A DNA stretch of 32,000 bases from Salinivirga cyanobacteriivorans (GTDB lineage Bacteria; Bacteroidota; Bacteroidia; Bacteroidales; Salinivirgaceae): assembly GCF_001443605.1 (NCBI RefSeq), contig NZ_CP013118.1:1115075-1147074 (forward strand), read 5' to 3'. Within the stretch, counting starts at the first letter, position 1; each line of letters opens with the position of its first letter. The position numbers and the translations under genes are program-made. The notes under the pieces were generated by a model that made no database searches, was not told where the DNA came from, and was given only the letters and a program-made list of their open reading frames with translations. Shown in pieces: positions 1 to 9,905 of the stretch.

Positions 1-231
1 GCCATTAAACAAGTTGTAAGCTATCCTGAGCACACAGTAAAAGAAATTTCATGTGATATGGAAGTTGTTTTCAAAATCACTGATGATGGCCACCTGAAAG
101 TACGAAAAACAACCGGCAAACCAGAATTCACTGCTCATGTAACTGAGTGCTTAGAAAAACTGCAAGTTGAAAACCCCGAGCTTTACGGACGTTATTTCAG
201 TAAAAAAATTGAGTTCATCTACAGGAAATAA
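1..231 (+). CDS. 3' end of an unidentified protein-coding gene (partial, runs off the window start)
   Basis: Frame +1 is open from base 1 to TAA at 229-231 (...SKKIEFIYRK*). A hairpin plus T-tract follows 38 nt downstream. No family recognised. Confidence 0.35.
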   Translation, partial: AIKQVVSYPEHTVKEISCDMEVVFKITDDGHLKVRKTTGKPEFTAHVTECLEKLQVENPELYGRYFSKKIEFIYRK

Positions 232-249
232 TTTTTTCCTTCCCCCAAT

Positions 250-672
250 TTATCGCTGTTCCCCAATAGCCGGCACTCCGCCGGCTTTTTTTATGCGGTC
301 TATAAGTACTTTGTCAGCCCGGGTAAAATCCATTTTCGCAAGCTCTTCAATTTTAAACCAGCCTATTTGCTGATGTTCCAAAGGCTCAGGATAACCTTTT
401 ATAATTTTGCACCAGAAGGGATATAAATGAATTACAAAATCATTATACGCTTCTGTTATACTTTCTAGTTGCTCGAGTACCTGCACCTCAATATTCAACT
501 CTTCATTAAGCTCCCGCTTAATACCTTCACTCAGCAGCTCACCTGAGCGAATCTTTCCTCCCGGAAACTCCCATTTACCTCCATGTTTTTTTGCAACAGG
601 CCGCTGACAGGCAAAGTAGCGTAATCCATCGGAAATAATTGCACAAGTTACCACAAGCCCCTCTTTATCCAT
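250..672 (-). CDS. Nudix hydrolase (MutT-like pyrophosphohydrolase)
   Basis: The 140-aa ORF has a canonical Nudix box, GGKWEFPGGKIRSGELLSEGIKRELNEELNI (GX5EX7REUXEEXGU pattern). Confidence 0.85.
   Translation of the reverse strand: MDKEGLVVTCAIISDGLRYFACQRPVAKKHGGKWEFPGGKIRSGELLSEGIKRELNEELNIEVQVLEQLESITEAYNDFVIHLYPFWCKIIKGYPEPLEHQQIGWFKIEELAKMDFTRADKVLIDRIKKAGGVPAIGEQR
269..292 (+). terminator. Rho-independent terminator-like hairpin
   Basis: gccggc-actcc-gccggc forms a perfect 6-bp GC stem and is followed by T7 (286-292). It lies downstream of the partial + strand ORF and overlaps the last codons of the convergent Nudix ORF. Confidence 0.55.
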
Positions 673-761
673 ACTATTTTTAGTTTACATGAACGTCAAT
701 CCAAAATTACAGTTATAATCGAAATTTATTCAATTTTGGATACATTGAAAAATAATATAAA

Positions 762-3700
762 TTGCAGAGAAGAAATGTGCTTATGATAAAAAGTTGCCTA
801 ATATTAAAGATTTCAATACTGTTACTTACAGTAGTTAATGTTAGCGGGCAACAATATAACTTTCATCACTACAATGTAGAAAACGGATTTCCACAGGCCA
901 ATGCAGACGAAATAATACAGGACCATCTTGGCTATATTTGGATCACAACTCAGGTGGGTGCTGTAAGATTTGATGGTACCGATTACCATATTTTAAACGA
1001 GGAAAACGATTTGCCAAACAACCTGACCTCTACATTATACTCCGACAGCAAAAACCAACTCTGGATAGGAACACGCAAAGGGCTGGCTGTTTACAATTAC
1101 GACACCGTATTTGTATTCGGGGAAAAACAGGGACTTGTTGGCAATTGGGTCAGGCACGTTTGGGAAGATAAATATGGCAAACTTTGGGTAATGACTGATA
1201 AAGGACTCTGTTTTAAAAACGATACTGTTTTTGAATGTATCAATTTGCCCATACCGGATCAAACTATACAGTGTCATGTGCAAAAAGACAACCACATTAT
1301 TTTAGGCACAACATCAGGGCTTATTAGGCAAACCGGTGATACAACATTTGAAATAATACAGCCAGAATTACGATCATATAGCATAGAAGACATTGAGTAT
1401 GACACAACTGGCAGCCTCTGGATAGCAACACAGAAAAACGGGCTTTATCGCATTACAAACAACCGCATAAAAAAAATTCAGAATCAAAACACAATGAACA
1501 CCTCAGCCACCAGAGAATTACTTTGCGATAATAATGGAGTAATGTGGGTAGGAACTGAGGGGAATGGCATGTTCCGCTACGATGGAAAACAATTTCACCA
1601 GTATTCCACCCGGAACGGTATGTTTAACTCATCTGTTTTGGAGTTGGTGCAAGACAAAGAGGGCAATATATGGATTGGTGGAAGGAATGGCATTGTTGTG
1701 TATAATCCCACCAACCCTTTCACCCATTACCCACGGGCAAATATGGGAAACAAAGAAACGGTTTTCGGCATGCTCCTGGACAGTAAACACAACTACTGGT
1801 TTGCATCATATGGTGGAGGGTTGTCGAAATACGATGGGGAGAAGTGGACTTATTACACAAAAAAAGACGGTCTGGGAGACAACAGATTATTCTCTTTGCT
1901 CGAAGACCCAAAACACAACATATGGATTTCCACAGCCGGCCATGGTATTGTAAAATTCGACGGACACAAATTTGAAGTATTCGACTCAGACAATGGTTTT
2001 CTCAATGCCAGAGTTTTCAAAATCATTCAGGATAACGACCAAAATATATGGGCCTGCACGCAATTCGAAGGTATTGCAAAATACGATGGTCATAAATTCA
2101 GGCAGTATACAACTGACGATGGCTTGCCGGACAACTCTGTTATGAGCGCTGAGCTCGACACATCAGGTAACATATGGTTTGGAACCATAGGCAATGGAAT
2201 ATTTATCAGGAAAAACGATAAATTTATCGTTCCACAAATAAACACCGACAACATACCCACCTACATCAGGAGCATAGTGCGCGACAGCACAGGCGCAATA
2301 TGGCTTGGCACAGCTTCGATGGGTGCATGCCGGCTGTCTAAACAAAAAAATGGTTCGTATAATTTAGAATCGTTCACAACTAAGCATGGACTCAATTCCG
2401 ATAATATTTACTTCCTTTTTTGCGATGACAATGACCAGATATGGGCCGGAACAGAAAAAGGAATCAACCGGATTACATTCGACAGGCAAAGGGAAATAAA
2501 GCAAATATACACCTATGGCAAAGCTGAAGGATTTAAAGGAGTAGAAACTTCTATAAACGGAGCCATGATGGACCACATGGGCAACCTTTGGTTTGCTTCA
2601 ATTATTGGTGCCACCAAATATGAACCCGGTGTCGAACAACAAAACAACGTCGAACCACAAACACACATCACAGGCCTGAAGCTTTTTTATCAAAACACCA
2701 ACTGGGAAACATTCACTGACAAAACCGATGTGCACCAGCTACCCATTGGGCTTAAGCTTGCGCACAATCAAAACCACCTCACGTTTCAATTCGATGCCTT
2801 AAGTTTCACCAACCCTGACCAGGTTTTCTATCAATATAGACTTAAAGGATTAGACAGCAAATGGTCGCCCAAAACACACATAAAAGAAGCTGTTTATGCC
2901 AACATACCCCCAGGAGATTATACTTTTATGGTTAAGGCCTGCAACAACGACGGTTTGTGGAACAAACAGGCCACTAAATTCAGCTTTGAAATCACACCTC
3001 CATTTTGGCAAACAACCTGGTTTTATATCGTAGCATCACTGACATTGGTGTTTTTAATAATTTTTTACATACATTTCCGCATTAGCCAATATAAAAAAGC
3101 CCAGCAAATATTGGAGCAAAAAGTAGAAGACAGAACAAAAGAAATTGCCCAGCAAAAAAACGAAATTCAAGAAAAAAATGAAGAACTAAACCAACGTAAC
3201 GAAGAAATTGCTGCACAAAGAGATGAAATTGAGGAACAAAAAAACCGGATAGAAGATCTTTTTAGAGACCAAACCAATAGTATTAAATATGCCAGGCATA
3301 TACAAAAAGCCATCTTACCAAATACTACGCTCTTTAAAGAAGAGCTTAAAAACCATTTCATATTTTTCCGCCCCCAAAGCATTGTGAGTGGTGACTTTTA
3401 TTACATTGCCATTCACCGCGAATGGATCATTATTTCTGCAGTAGACAGCACAGGACATGGGGTTCCCGGCGGGTTTATGAGCATGCTCGGCATGTCGTTC
3501 ATGAACGAAATTATATATTCTATGCAGGATATCCAGGTAGACATCGTGCTCAATAAACTTCGCAAATACATAATTAGATCGTTAAAACAAAAAGGCAAGC
3601 CCGGCGAACACAAGGAAGGACTCGAAATGGCCCTGATTGCCATTAATAAAAGAACCCTTGAATGCCAGTATGCAGGAGCAAGCAGCCCACTATTATTGGT

Positions 3701-4064
3701 CAGAAATAATAGTAAAAAACCACAAAATGCAGAGAAAGTACAAACCGTTGAGGCAAATACACTTTACAGGTTTACGCCCGATAACATGCCCATATCCATC
3801 TATCCTAAAATGCAACCTTTCCGGAAACACACCTTCAATTTAATTAAGGGCGATAAACTTTACCTTTTCACCGATGGTTTTATAGACCAGTACGGAGGAC
3901 AAAATATTAAAAAAGTATCGAGCAAGCAATTTCAGCAATTAATTCTTAAAACTGCTACATTAGAAATGCCTGAGCAAAAAAAGCAACTGATAACTTTTTA
4001 TGACAAATGGAAAAGCAACCAACTCCAAATTGATGATGTACTCGTACTGGGCCTGGAAATTTAG
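762..4064 (+). CDS. Sensor protein: signal peptide, two-component-regulator beta-propeller repeats, Y_Y_Y domain, one TM helix, coiled coil, C-terminal SpoIIE/PP2C-type phosphatase
   Basis: There are many repeats of the G(L)xxxxVxxIxxDxxGxIWIGT type. A Y_Y_Y-like motif (FYQYRLKGLDSKWS) and a TM helix (WFYIVASLTLVFLIIFYI) follow. Next comes a K/E-rich coiled coil, then SpoIIE-like motifs (SGDFYYI, DSTGHGVPGGFMS, DGFIDQ). The true start may be an internal Met (MIKSCL...). Confidence 0.8.
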   Translation: MQRRNVLMIKSCLILKISILLLTVVNVSGQQYNFHHYNVENGFPQANADEIIQDHLGYIWITTQVGAVRFDGTDYHILNEENDLPNNLTSTLYSDSKNQLWIGTRKGLAVYNYDTVFVFGEKQGLVGNWVRHVWEDKYGKLWVMTDKGLCFKNDTVFECINLPIPDQTIQCHVQKDNHIILGTTSGLIRQTGDTTFEIIQPELRSYSIEDIEYDTTGSLWIATQKNGLYRITNNRIKKIQNQNTMNTSATRELLCDNNGVMWVGTEGNGMFRYDGKQFHQYSTRNGMFNSSVLELVQDKEGNIWIGGRNGIVVYNPTNPFTHYPRANMGNKETVFGMLLDSKHNYWFASYGGGLSKYDGEKWTYYTKKDGLGDNRLFSLLEDPKHNIWISTAGHGIVKFDGHKFEVFDSDNGFLNARVFKIIQDNDQNIWACTQFEGIAKYDGHKFRQYTTDDGLPDNSVMSAELDTSGNIWFGTIGNGIFIRKNDKFIVPQINTDNIPTYIRSIVRDSTGAIWLGTASMGACRLSKQKNGSYNLESFTTKHGLNSDNIYFLFCDDNDQIWAGTEKGINRITFDRQREIKQIYTYGKAEGFKGVETSINGAMMDHMGNLWFASIIGATKYEPGVEQQNNVEPQTHITGLKLFYQNTNWETFTDKTDVHQLPIGLKLAHNQNHLTFQFDALSFTNPDQVFYQYRLKGLDSKWSPKTHIKEAVYANIPPGDYTFMVKACNNDGLWNKQATKFSFEITPPFWQTTWFYIVASLTLVFLIIFYIHFRISQYKKAQQILEQKVEDRTKEIAQQKNEIQEKNEELNQRNEEIAAQRDEIEEQKNRIEDLFRDQTNSIKYARHIQKAILPNTTLFKEELKNHFIFFRPQSIVSGDFYYIAIHREWIIISAVDSTGHGVPGGFMSMLGMSFMNEIIYSMQDIQVDIVLNKLRKYIIRSLKQKGKPGEHKEGLEMALIAINKRTLECQYAGASSPLLLVRNNSKKPQNAEKVQTVEANTLYRFTPDNMPISIYPKMQPFRKHTFNLIKGDKLYLFTDGFIDQYGGQNIKKVSSKQFQQLILKTATLEMPEQKKQLITFYDKWKSNQLQIDDVLVLGLEI

Positions 4065-4240
4065 GTTCATATGTTTATAATTTTGATTTCAATGCTCATA
4101 ACCTGTCCCGCCAAAGGCGTGATGAACTCACTATGATGAATCAAATTTCCGTCACACATGGTTTTTACTTCCATTTATAATCAATGGGTAGATTCATAAA
4201 GAATTACGGTCAACAAACGGCAAAATTCACGAACTAGCAT

Positions 4241-4248
4241 TATTTTTG
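4241..4248 (+). promoter_or_regulatory. Bacteroidota-type -7 promoter element (TAnnTTTG) ahead of ygiQ
   Basis: TATTTTTG lies 5 nt upstream of the ATG at 4253. Similar ttatttttgctg motifs precede the genes at 22851 and 26090. Confidence 0.35.
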
Positions 4249-4252
4249 CTTA

Positions 4253-6091
4253 ATGAAATCCATGCAATCAACTCCAAAACCTGATTACACCAAATGGCTC
4301 CCGACCACAATTAAAGAAACACGCCTGCAAGGGTGGGAAGAAGCTGATGTGGTGTTATTTTCAGGCGATGCATATGTCGACCATCCGGCTTTCGGAGCTG
4401 CTGTAATTGGCCGAATTATTGAAAACGAAGGGTTTAAAATAGCCATTGTACCACAACCCAACTGGCAAGATGACCTACGCGATTTTAAAAAATTTGGCCG
4501 TCCCAACCTGTTTTTCGCCGTCACTGCCGGCAGCATGGACAGCATGGTGAACCATTATACCGCTGCAAAAAGACGCAGAAGTGACGATGCCTACACGCCG
4601 GGAGGAAAAGCCGGGTTCAGACCTGACTACACCGTTACCATATACACCCAAATACTGAAAAAACTTTACCCGGAAACACCTGTAATTATTGGCGGAATAG
4701 AGGCCTCAATGCGACGACTTACCCATTATGATTACTGGTCAGATAAACTAAAACCCTCCATTATGCACGAAAGCGGCGCCGATTTATTGGTTTACGGTAT
4801 GGGCGAGCAAACCATACGTGCCATTTGCAGGCTTATGTATAAAGGGGTACCAACCGAAAACTTAGCCACCCTGCCACAGGTTGCGACTTTACAAAACATC
4901 AATGCAATTCCGGCACACAAAAAAACTGAATACATATGGCTACACAGCCATGAAACATGTGTAAATTCAAAAAAAGCCTTTGCAGCCAATTTTGCACAAA
5001 TCGAAACCGAAAGCAATAAAATCGAGTCTGAAAGATTAATACAACCCATTGAGGATAAGGCAGTGGTGGTATCGCCACCGGACGCACCTGTAGACGAAAA
5101 ACAAATGGACGCTATTTGGGCACTTCCATTTACCCGTTTACCCCATCCAAAGTATCATAAAAAACCGCCAATACCGGCTTATGAAATGATCAGACATTCG
5201 GTAAACTCACACAGAGGTTGTTTTGGAGGATGTAGTTTTTGTGCCATCAGTGCGCACCAGGGTAAACAAGTCGTTAGCCGTAGTCCTAACAGCATATTAA
5301 CGGAGGTAAAACAAATTACCAATATGCCTGATTTCAAGGGGCACATTTCAGACATCGGGGGCCCCTCAGCCAACATGTACAAAATGCAGGGCAAAGACCT
5401 GGCTATTTGTAAAAAATGCAAAAGACCATCGTGCATATACCCACAGGTATGTAAAAATCTTAAAATGGAGCACCAACCAATGGTAGACCTCTACAGACAG
5501 GCACAACAAATACCGGGCGTAAAAAAAATAACCATTGGCAGCGGCATACGCTACGACATGCTTTATGATAAAAAAGGTGAAATGACCAGGGACGGTAAAA
5601 GATATGCCAGCCAGGTAATAAAAAACCATGTAAGCGGAAGGCTTAAAGTAGCACCCGAGCATTCGCAGCCATCTGTATTAAAATGGATGCGCAAACCCAA
5701 TTTCGGGCAATTTCGCAAATTTCAAAAATACTTTGCAGAAGAGAACCGCAAAGCCGGACTCAAACAGCAACTCATTCCTTATTTCATCTCCAGTCATCCG
5801 GGCTGCGACTGGCAGGATATGGCAGAGCTGGCCATTGAATCCAAAAAACAACACTTTCATTTGGAGCAGGTGCAGGATTTTACCCCTACGCCAATGACAC
5901 TGGCCACAGTAATGTTCTACACCGGCCTCGATCCTTACACCATGAAACCCGTTAAGGTAGCCCGCAACATGAAAGATAAAAAACTACAGCGCAGCTTCTT
6001 TTTCTGGCACAAACCCAACGAACGCAAGCAAATTTTACATTTTTTAAAACAACAAAAACGGCCTGATTTGATTAAGAAACTGAATGGGTGA
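4253..6091 (+). CDS. ygiQ: YgiQ-family radical SAM protein (UPF0313)
   Basis: The 612-aa ORF has an N-terminal YgiQ-type region (LFSGDAYVDHPAFGAAVIGRIIE...IVPQPNW) and a CX3CX2C radical SAM motif (CFGGCSFC). Confidence 0.85.
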   Translation: MKSMQSTPKPDYTKWLPTTIKETRLQGWEEADVVLFSGDAYVDHPAFGAAVIGRIIENEGFKIAIVPQPNWQDDLRDFKKFGRPNLFFAVTAGSMDSMVNHYTAAKRRRSDDAYTPGGKAGFRPDYTVTIYTQILKKLYPETPVIIGGIEASMRRLTHYDYWSDKLKPSIMHESGADLLVYGMGEQTIRAICRLMYKGVPTENLATLPQVATLQNINAIPAHKKTEYIWLHSHETCVNSKKAFAANFAQIETESNKIESERLIQPIEDKAVVVSPPDAPVDEKQMDAIWALPFTRLPHPKYHKKPPIPAYEMIRHSVNSHRGCFGGCSFCAISAHQGKQVVSRSPNSILTEVKQITNMPDFKGHISDIGGPSANMYKMQGKDLAICKKCKRPSCIYPQVCKNLKMEHQPMVDLYRQAQQIPGVKKITIGSGIRYDMLYDKKGEMTRDGKRYASQVIKNHVSGRLKVAPEHSQPSVLKWMRKPNFGQFRKFQKYFAEENRKAGLKQQLIPYFISSHPGCDWQDMAELAIESKKQHFHLEQVQDFTPTPMTLATVMFYTGLDPYTMKPVKVARNMKDKKLQRSFFFWHKPNERKQILHFLKQQKRPDLIKKLNG

Positions 6092-6171
6092 AAGAATTAA
6101 GTCTTGAATTTACATCAAACCACAACTGCGCTTTGTAAAGAGTAAGTTATTTTCATGTTTTTTAAAGTCTT
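6091..6171 (-). CRISPR. Leader-distal fragment of the CRISPR array: degenerate terminal repeat, one spacer, and the 15-nt half of a repeat split by an IS
   Basis: Bases 6101-6126 match the repeat exactly (gtcttgaatttacatcaaaccacaac), while the adjacent 10 nt are diverged. The spacer is 6127-6156 (30 nt). Bases 6157-6171 (gttttttaaagtctt) are the first 15 nt of the repeat on the + strand. The terminal repeat abuts the ygiQ stop codon. Confidence 0.9.
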
Positions 6172-7793
6172 CCTGTTTTCCGGATAGGACACCCATTTTT
6201 AAAATTTCGAGTTTATTAGGTCAATAATGTTTTGTTGAGTTTCATTGTTCCTAAGTAGAATTCTTTTATTACCGACTTGAATTTCATACATCTTATTTAT
6301 AGCTTTAATTGCTTTATTTATAGATATGCCAGTGTCATTCTCTTTAAGTGTTTTTTCTAATTCTTTGTACAGTAAGTATGAAACAAATGAAATACAAATA
6401 TGAGCTTCAATTCTTTCTTTTAATCGATGATAAATTGGTCTGATTTTAAGGTCAGTCTTAGATATCCTAAATGCTTTTTCAATTTTCCATAGGTTATTAT
6501 AGTTTTCAATTACTTCTTTCCCTGATAGTTTTGTGTTTGTGAGATATCCCTTTAAACCATCCCATGTAGAATCATTTCTAAACTTTTCATAATCAATATT
6601 TATCTTGAGTTCTCCTTGCATTTTTAGATACTTGTTGTAACCACGGTTGTTAATATTGCTTTTTGTCAATCGACCTGCATTTAGGCTTTTCTCTAATCTT
6701 TTTAATCCACGTTCTCTATTTGAAAGGTCTTTCTTTGCCCTTTTATCAGAAAAACTTATAAATAAGACAGTGTTATCTGGCTTTTCTATTTTTGCAATTT
6801 GTCCATCTTGCAGGTTCAGTTCCCTGATCTGTTTTTTTATGATATTATTTTCATTTTTGATTCTTGCTCCTAAAATGAATGTATATCGATTGATTTTCAG
6901 TGACTCAATATTTTTTGCTGATAATAACCCGGCATCAGCTACTACAATGGGTTTATTTAAACTAAACCGCCGCTCAAATTTTTCTAATATAGGGATCAAA
7001 GTATGGCCTTCATAGATACTACCTTCAAAAATATCGTATCCAATTGGATACCCTTCCTTGCCGACTAGCAGCCCTAAAAATATTTGTGGGTGCTGGTGTT
7101 TCCCATCCTTTGAGAAACCTGTTTGTTTTAGTTCGTCTGGTTGACTACTTTCAAAATAAATCGTAGTCATATCATAAAAGACAATTCCTATTTTGCCCCC
7201 CAATACTTTTTTTGTGTATTGAAAACTGATCTCTTCAACTTGCTTTTTATACCTCGAGTTTAAACGATCCATGAAATAATAAATCCTATCTACAGAAATA
7301 TCTGATTTATGGTTTTCCTGTAGATATAGAGATAAATTAAGTTTACTGCCTGGATGTGTTATCCTGGAAATACACAAGGCTTTAAACAACTCATCCTTTA
7401 TTTGATTAAATCCTATATAATTGAAAATTTTGCTGAAAATAAGCTCAGGTCCAACTACATGAATATCATCATTTGTTAGATCGCATATTCTGGATTCTTT
7501 TAGTGGATCAAATAACGTAGGGCCATATAAACGAGGCAGTTCATATAAGGCTTTGTAATAAAGTCGTTCAATTTCATCTGGTTCTGATGAGGAGCCTATA
7601 GTCTTGATAACTTTATTACTCCTATCAATTTTCTTAATGATTTGAATGCTTACACTACCACTTTTATTTTTCTTCTTCCGAACAAACATTCAACAAATAT
7701 AGCACGGGACACCCACTTTTAAAAGAATCATTATGATAATGTGCTGATAACTAATAGCTTATTTTTTTAGGTGAAAATAATCCGGAAAACAGG
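6172..7793 (-). mobile_element. IS1634/IS4-like insertion sequence (1622 bp) inserted in a CRISPR repeat
   Basis: The ends carry perfect 14-bp terminal inverted repeats: CCTGTTTTCCGGAT at 6172-6185 and its reverse complement at 7780-7793. A 4-bp direct duplication TCTT (6168-6171 and 7794-7797) is present, and the two repeat halves sum to 36+4 nt. The element holds a single DDE transposase ORF. Confidence 0.85.
6199..7689 (-). CDS. IS1634-family (IS4-related) DDE transposase
   Basis: The 496-aa ORF has an N-terminus (MFVRKKKNKSGSVSIQIIKK...) typical of IS1634-type transposases. It fills the IR-bounded element. Confidence 0.7.
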   Translation of the reverse strand: MFVRKKKNKSGSVSIQIIKKIDRSNKVIKTIGSSSEPDEIERLYYKALYELPRLYGPTLFDPLKESRICDLTNDDIHVVGPELIFSKIFNYIGFNQIKDELFKALCISRITHPGSKLNLSLYLQENHKSDISVDRIYYFMDRLNSRYKKQVEEISFQYTKKVLGGKIGIVFYDMTTIYFESSQPDELKQTGFSKDGKHQHPQIFLGLLVGKEGYPIGYDIFEGSIYEGHTLIPILEKFERRFSLNKPIVVADAGLLSAKNIESLKINRYTFILGARIKNENNIIKKQIRELNLQDGQIAKIEKPDNTVLFISFSDKRAKKDLSNRERGLKRLEKSLNAGRLTKSNINNRGYNKYLKMQGELKINIDYEKFRNDSTWDGLKGYLTNTKLSGKEVIENYNNLWKIEKAFRISKTDLKIRPIYHRLKERIEAHICISFVSYLLYKELEKTLKENDTGISINKAIKAINKMYEIQVGNKRILLRNNETQQNIIDLINSKF

Positions 7794-9332
7794 TCTTGAA
7801 TTTACATCAAACCACAACTAGTGAACAAGTTGAATATGCTATCGAAAAGTTTTTTAAAGTCTTGAATTTACATCAAACCACAACTCCTGTGCCTTGCTCC
7901 CCCCCAGTTAATAGTTTTTTAAAGTCTTGAATTTACATCAAACCACAACATGTTACCTTTGGAACGCGCCTGGACAGTTGTTTTTTAAAGTCTTGAATTT
8001 ACATCAAACCACAACGCAAGGTTTATGGGAGTGGCAAAAAAAGAGTTTTTTAAAGTCTTGAATTTACATCAAACCACAACTTTACAAAAATCTCGGTCCC
8101 GTTTTCATCGTTTTTTAAAGTCTTGAATTTACATCAAACCACAACACCTTTTTGACCAACGCTTTGACACTTGTGGTTTTTTAAAGTCTTGAATTTACAT
8201 CAAACCACAACTAGGCAACTTCTGTCATTTCTCTATTCTTAGTTTTTTAAAGTCTTGAATTTACATCAAACCACAACAGGTATCACTGATACATTAGGTA
8301 GATATATGTTTTTTAAAGTCTTGAATTTACATCAAACCACAACAAGGAGATTTTAGCGAGTTAAAACATGTTGGTTTTTTAAAGTCTTGAATTTACATCA
8401 AACCACAACTTGGGAAATTAATTGAAAGACAGGTAATAAGTTTTTTAAAGTCTTGAATTTACATCAAACCACAACTAATAATTGATTTTCCATGTTGTTT
8501 AAATCGTTTTTTAAAGTCTTGAATTTACATCAAACCACAACATAAAAAAAACTATAATGCCACGAAAACCGGTTTTTTAAAGTCTTGAATTTACATCAAA
8601 CCACAACATATTGATTTAAGCACCCGTATTGACGGCAGTTTTTTAAAGTCTTGAATTTACATCAAACCACAACAGCGATGTGGGTGTCGGTTGAATTTAA
8701 ATCGTTTTTTAAAGTCTTGAATTTACATCAAACCACAACGAGCCCATCATGGGGCAATGATGCAAGAATGTTTTTTAAAGTCTTGAATTTACATCAAACC
8801 ACAACATCTATTCAACACGAACCGGACGTATGTAAGTTTTTTAAAGTCTTGAATTTACATCAAACCACAACACTGGAACAATTAGCACCACAGCAGGACA
8901 AGTTTTTTAAAGTCTTGAATTTACATCAAACCACAACGGCCGAATAAAAAAGCGATAAATTGCGTTAGTTTTTTAAAGTCTTGAATTTACATCAAACCAC
9001 AACACCTTGTTTTTCTGCAACCTCTTCAGCTTTGTTTTTTAAAGTCTTGAATTTACATCAAACCACAACTTGGTGGCTTCATCAGCAGTTTGCCTGTATG
9101 TTTTTTAAAGTCTTGAATTTACATCAAACCACAACGTGATGATGATTATAATGTGACATTACAAGGTTTTTTAAAGTCTTGAATTTACATCAAACCACAA
9201 CGATTATTTTTTTTTGATTCCGCTTCAATGGTTTTTTAAAGTCTTGAATTTACATCAAACCACAACATCTGCGCCCTTGTCAAAGGTGCATCAAATGTTT
9301 TTTAAAGTCTTGAATTTACATCAAACCACAAC
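7794..9332 (-). CRISPR. Main CRISPR array block: 24 repeats (the first is the 25-nt half of the IS-split repeat) and 23 spacers
   Basis: In crRNA orientation (minus strand) the repeat is GTTGTGGTTTGATGTAAATTCAAGACTTTAAAAAAC (36 nt). Every full copy I read is identical. There are nineteen 30-nt and four 29-nt spacers, which sums exactly to 1539 bp. Orientation follows from tracrRNA anti-repeat pairing and from the degenerate terminal repeat at the far end. Confidence 0.97.
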
Positions 9333-9562
9333 CTGGGGCTCAGAAAGCCTTATTTGGCTTTGTTTTCAGTTGTCTTTTTGACTGAAATTATGCCTGTTTA
9401 CTCCACAGGAAGTGGTTTTCAGTTGTAAATTTATCATTCTACGATCATTTTTCCAATGACTTTTTTAATATCATGATGTCAAAGAGCATTTTTAGTTCAT
9501 GTTGACTTACGAAAATAACCACTTTTTGTTTTATTTCAATGATTATTAAATCAAATCGCTGA
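9333..9562 (-). promoter_or_regulatory. Putative CRISPR leader between cas2 and the first repeat
   Basis: This is an AT-rich 230-bp non-coding gap directly upstream (minus strand) of the array. A candidate -33/-7 pair lies on the minus strand: TTG, then about 20 nt, then TAAATTTA (complement of 9426-9433). There is no experimental support. Confidence 0.4.
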
Positions 9563-9901
9563 TTAGAATATTTCCAACTGCTTTGGCCCTTCGGGCAAGG
9601 GATCTTCTTTCACGCCCCAATAATTTACAATATTCCCATACTGTTTATCCGTTATGCGCAAAATACTGACTTGCCCTTTTTCCGGGATGAAGTTTTTTAT
9701 GCGTTTTTCGTGCACATCGGCACTCTCTTTACTGGCACAATGCCGGTTGTAAACCGAATACTGCATCATACTAAACCCATCACGCATCAAATCTTTGCGG
9801 AATCTGGCTGCAGCCTTCCGTTCTTTTTTAGTGTTGGTGGGTAAATCGAAAAATACAAACAGCCACATAATATGATAAGCATTTAACCGGTTTTGTTCCA
9901 T
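9563..9901 (-). CDS. cas2: CRISPR-associated endoribonuclease Cas2
   Basis: The 112-aa ORF lies 4 nt downstream of cas1. It has a type II Cas2-like sequence (YHIMWLFVFFDLP...MQYSVYNRH). Confidence 0.9.
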   Translation of the reverse strand: MEQNRLNAYHIMWLFVFFDLPTNTKKERKAAARFRKDLMRDGFSMMQYSVYNRHCASKESADVHEKRIKNFIPEKGQVSILRITDKQYGNIVNYWGVKEDPLPEGPKQLEIF

Positions 9902-9905
9902 CGCA

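Noticed and set aside
1564-1953. 129-aa alternative-frame ORF inside the sensor gene
   Set aside because: It is fully embedded in the 1100-aa propeller/SpoIIE ORF, whose repeat motifs are in the other frame.
8651-8947. 98-aa + strand ORF with a recurring FFKVLNLHQTTT peptide
   Set aside because: It is a translation artefact of the CRISPR repeats. The periodic peptide is simply the repeat read in frame.
7794-9332. Possibility of promoters embedded in each repeat, as in Neisseria type II-C arrays
   Set aside because: The repeat 3' end (GACTTTAAAAAAC) contains no TAnnTTTG -7 box and only a weak TAAAAA. The sequence alone gives no support.
9414-9435. gttgtaaatttatca on the + strand as a possible second anti-repeat or tracrRNA in the leader
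   Set aside because: It has only patchy similarity to the repeat, with no nexus or terminator structure. The 17464-17538 candidate is far better.
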